This document shows positions 62,701 to 64,000 of a stretch of 64,000 nt of DNA, in pieces. Positions within the stretch are counted from its first letter, which is position 1. Every line of letters begins with the position of its first letter. Source of the stretch: Antedon mediterranea (taxonomy: Eukaryota; Animalia; Echinodermata). The translations under genes were made by a program, and so were the position numbers. Below the pieces are notes generated by a model, which ran no database searches, was not told where the DNA came from, and was given only the letters and a program-made list of their open reading frames with translations. The stretch spans positions 14,243,432-14,307,431 of the forward strand of contig NC_092679.1 in the NCBI RefSeq assembly GCF_964355755.1, read 5' to 3'.

Positions 62701-64000
62701 TTTTTTCGATTCAATTTTTTGTCAAAGTGAATACCGGTAACTATTATGAAACATTTAAAATAAATAAATATATAAAAACAAGCATATGTTTTAACATTTC
62801 ATTTGTTAATTATTACATAGTGAAGTGGTACCGTAACCTTGGGAATAATGGTTCAAAAAAGCCGCGTTCAGTATCGTATCCCTCGATAGCTCAGTTGGTA
62901 GAGCGGAGGACTGTAGAGTTGTCATTGGTATCCTTAGGTCGCTGGTTCAAATCCGGCTCGAGGGACTTTTTTTTTGTTTTTATTTATTTTTTAAATAATT
63001 TTTTTTTATTAATTCTTTTCCATAAACACGTAATCAAGAATGTATAACAAGCTTCATAGATTAAAATGTTTATCTGTGGCTGCGACACGATCAGTTCCAC
63101 CCTCCTTAACAGACACCGGCCGCCGCGGAGAATATGTACATAATATAGTACTATTGGTATTTGTCGCACCAGACATAAGATCAAAGGACTGTTACGAGTT
63201 CCTATCTTGACAAGACGAGCTCATCGTCATGTTGTTAAATTGTCCTGGTAAAACAAACGACCACCAACAAGGCAACACAAAATAGAAGTGGTGCTATTTA
63301 ATAATTATTTTTGTTATTTATGGGAATAATTAATAACATAATAGTATGTATTACTGCCGTTAATGATGCATCTAAAATTAACAATAAAACAAATGAGTAA
63401 AATAATAAGAGCAAAACGAATTGCAAGAGAAAAAAAGAAGGGAAAAAATATATGAACTATAAGCACAGTGCATGTGTTATTAAAGAATGATCAAGTGAAT
63501 AAGATAAAGAGCACAAACGCTACAATGGAAAAGGAAAAAAATATGTTTATAAAATCGAATAAAAAACGCCGAACTAATAATATATAATAAATAATAATAA
63601 GGTAATTCATCATTTTATAATAAAAATAAACCTTTTCATAAAAACCCGAGAACTGGTCAGATAATTGTTCAATACACTAAAATAGTGATAATAGTACCGT
63701 AACCACATAATTCAATGGTAATGATCTATTTCTTATTACAAATTTTATCTTCTTCTTTCTATAATGACCGTCTTCATAGGCATTAGTCATTTACTTGTTG
63801 TTGATATTCGTTACTGTGTATTGGTTAATTACTTACGAGAGATCATCATCGAAATGTAAGGGTAAACGAGACATTAGTTTGTAATTTTGTCATGTCTTGG
63901 TTTTGCAGAAGTTTGCCTTTAGCGTTGACGATTAATGACCACAACACCCCTTACTACACAGTTCGAGTTCTCGTCCTAATGCTGTTAGAAATGGAAGGAT
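36441..64000 (+). CDS. ADCY10: Soluble adenylyl cyclase (sAC); gene continues past the window end
   Basis: Exons 36441-36573 (HVPDLV..MFADISG), 41275-41415 (FTALCEKY..GDVLKFA), 42907-43050 (GDAFIALW), 45718-45926, 46352-46463, 47112-47177, 49037-49119 (LRKYVIQPV), 50349-50508 (EYLSEMRQV), 51095-51126 (NKVFMFDK), 51635-51753 (GCTFL..GLPGDKHE), 52381-52457 (SIGVTTG..CGVVGH..HEYT), 57353-57536 (GRKVNMAARLM), 58337-58389, 59203-59362 (P-loop GESGIGKT), 63909-64000. All junctions are GT-AG and in phase. Confidence 0.95.
38149..38868 (-). CDS. Intronless agrin-NtA/TIMP-fold-like protein with Thr-rich stalk and hydrophobic C-terminus (probable GPI anchor), nested in an ADCY10 intron
   Basis: 239-aa intact ORF: signal peptide, CEP start, ER..S.I.I.ATV..Y.V...V.CV.K..VKISGFGD..DC motif, Thr/Ser-rich region, terminal FSFITFTLVIFTLFGLIV. 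Confidence 0.8.
   Translation of the reverse strand: MLIFWISMLYIVSVTMACEPSPDWRAMSMNERINDSSIAIIATVTEKTDGSGGGPCSSDTVCGYWVNAIVKCVIKDDTGTISVNSNVKISGFGDNSDCTETNIVQGSTISNLILLGPHENMYLVNELNEQAGSERVNRATKDKYVNDFPDSVCYTTTLAPTTTERRQTTTRRPSTHRQTSSKMSTTIAMKEASTKANKDSHNRGTQDFIIDPTTSTSTRNTFSFITFTLVIFTLFGLIV
39825..40121. mobile_element. TTAA-target MITE (Kolobok-like)
   Basis: TTAA flanks, AGAT..TTGT / ACAATATATCT ends, internal similarity to 26182-26457. Confidence 0.6.
44258..44837. repeat. Compound (CAT/CAC)n microsatellite, about 580 bp
   Basis: Directly visible trinucleotide array in the ADCY10 intron 43051-45717. Confidence 0.95.
47402..47704. mobile_element. TTAA-target MITE (Kolobok-like), opposite orientation
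   Basis: TTAA|AGATATATTGTCCCCC ... GGGGGACTGTACATCT|TTAA. Confidence 0.65.
52075..52240. mobile_element. Near-palindromic MITE/hairpin element
   Basis: ATAAGGTTTATCG...GCGTACGTAC [spacer] GTACGTACGC...CGATAAACCTTAT with arms of about 75 bp. Confidence 0.7.
52714..56969 (-). mobile_element. Ty3/Gypsy (Gmr1-like) LTR retrotransposon, non-autonomous, recent insertion
   Basis: Two 680-bp TG...CA LTRs (52714-53393, 56290-56969) in which I spotted one mismatch. TSD GTCT. tRNA-Pro-like PBS (TGGGGGGTCATCCGGGA) and polypurine tract on the minus strand. Confidence 0.95.
53593..56187 (-). CDS. Gag (SCAN-like capsid, CCHC knuckle)-protease-truncated RT polyprotein of the LTR element
   Basis: 864-aa ORF with QLILIEEFK, CNYCKKPGHIMSEC, LRDTGASQS, WSSP..KPDGSYRLCTDFRKVN, MPFGMRNAPATFQ and YIDD. 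No RNase H or integrase. Confidence 0.9.
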   Translation of the reverse strand: MFVKLVTVTMVFEPETFFADPTQEVFNSLKKDDLLKLATHLGLKDVESSMRKNDIKSRLLTYLVEEDIFDSSVMSSQVDSSIDAKLREIELQNMKEIEIRRMELEFEREERDFKLKLRELELASGISQPISNPKFDVTKHIRLVPPFQEKEVDKFFLHFEKIAENLKWPKEHWTLLLQSVLTGKAREIYTDLSFEQSSSYDVVKELILKGYELVPEAYRQQFRNKQRQTNQTHLELAQTKERLFDRWCASKQTNKDYDRLRQLILIEEFKSCITPDVRTYLDEQKAETLSQAARLADDYALTHKQAFTQKPQAQSATSSGKKFQTNDSSKSEATSTPPKLTYTPNKSDQQFPSPSTTCNYCKKPGHIMSECFALKRKEGKSKPSGLVLVKKQKNENLKNLVSDSVLDGYSPFMSDGFVSLIGDDLNLKSVRILRDTGASQSLLLEGILPLSDRSSTWEDVLLQGIELGYFNVPLHNIVIKSDFINGPVVVGVLKELPFMGVTFVLGNDLAGAMVKVDETTPDPSMFPVCAITHSISQQIDEVILGDTFLASEFNSPSDDTLFTGIMPRVSLTKEKLIAEQVDDSNIYKNVISEDNLTSAICTISEDNLTSVLCANSEDNLTSVLSATELISITPATKVESDLNLYVQNNNGGNYDLNAESCLRLQHSEVLANLDAKFVHLTDAERTELTKLVLGHNSSFPDVPVQINNDDDAKLLKEHPYHLKIIQQNYLKQDMYMLQTEPSFSQWSSPCVLVLKPDGSYRLCTDFRKVNVVPKADSYPLTRINDCLHKLGKFDLLKGYWQVSLIERVKDISAFVTNDGLYQYNRMPFGMRNAPATFQRLLNSVIADINGCEGYIDDVIVYSDT
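57540..57750. repeat. Degenerate minisatellite (TGACGTATAATTTATTT-like)
   Basis: Repeated TGACGT...TTTATTT units right after an ADCY10 exon. Confidence 0.7.
60068..60153 (+). tRNA. tRNA-Tyr(GTA) with 13-nt intron, C32T variant
   Basis: CCCTCGATAGCTCAGTTGGTAGAGCGGAGGATTGTAG[AGTTGTCATTGGT]ATCCTTAGGTCGCTGGTTCAAATCCGGCTCGAGGGA followed by a T run. Confidence 0.9.
60225..60310 (+). tRNA. tRNA-Tyr(GTA) with intron, acceptor-stem C2G mismatch
   Basis: Same scaffold but starts CGCTCGA. T-run terminator follows. Confidence 0.85.
60449..60520 (-). tRNA. tRNA-Glu(CTC), B-box mutated (likely pseudogene)
   Basis: Minus strand TCCCATATGGTCTAGTGGTTAGGATTCGGCGCTCTCACCGCCGCGGCCCGGGTTAGATTCTCGGTGCGGGAA, with GTTAGA in place of GTTCGA. 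Confidence 0.8.
60763..61540 (+). mobile_element. DINE-1/HINE-like (Helentron-associated) element
   Basis: Subterminal inverted repeat AGTCGCGT...ACGCGACT, (GTCG/GTCT)n microsatellite blocks and a short 3' hairpin. Inserted at a T run within a MITE. Confidence 0.7.
61805..61890 (+). tRNA. tRNA-Tyr(GTA) with intron, acceptor-stem G-to-A mismatch
   Basis: Ends TCAAGGGA instead of TCGAGGGA. Confidence 0.85.
62880..62965 (+). tRNA. tRNA-Tyr(GTA) with 13-nt intron, intact
   Basis: Fully paired acceptor stem CCCTCGA/TCGAGGG, anticodon loop CTGTAG, A and B boxes, poly-T terminator. Confidence 0.95.

Larger units (their letters stand above)
61150..63287. repeat. Recent tandem duplication (units 61150-62212 and 62213-63287)
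   Basis: Near-identical units of about 1.07 kb, differing by a few substitutions and 12 bp of microsatellite. Each carries the HINE 3' half and one tRNA-Tyr. Confidence 0.95.

Noticed and set aside
61388-63184. Duplicated 194/198-aa and 66-aa ORFs
   Set aside because: They read through the HINE microsatellite, MITE and tRNA-Tyr sequence, and are duplicated only because of the tandem repeat.

Overview
AT-rich, intron-rich animal genomic DNA. An invertebrate deuterostome such as an echinoderm is suggested by Deu-domain SINEs and frequent TAGGCCTA, but that is inference only. Exon models were read by hand from GT-AG sites and phase continuity. The window holds four protein-coding genes: (1) the 3' part of an RNF14-like RWD-RBR E3 ligase (+, ends 7886) with an extra RING2-like C-terminal domain; (2) a multi-exon secreted protein (-, about 29777 to 11715) with two domains I cannot name flanking a PAN/apple domain; (3) soluble adenylyl cyclase ADCY10 (+, from 36441, runs off the window); (4) an intronless agrin-NtA-like, probably GPI-anchored gene nested antisense in an ADCY10 intron. 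Introns carry tRNA-Val, tRNA-Tyr (intron-containing) and tRNA-Glu copies, most of them damaged. Transposons are dense and include a multi-level nest (LINE > LINE > Helitron, plus a DNA element with a 5-bp TSD), two Helitron copies, a foldback Academ derivative, a young non-autonomous Gmr1-like LTR element, DINE-1/HINE-like elements, MITEs and SINEs. I found no prokaryotic-type system such as CRISPR or an operon.
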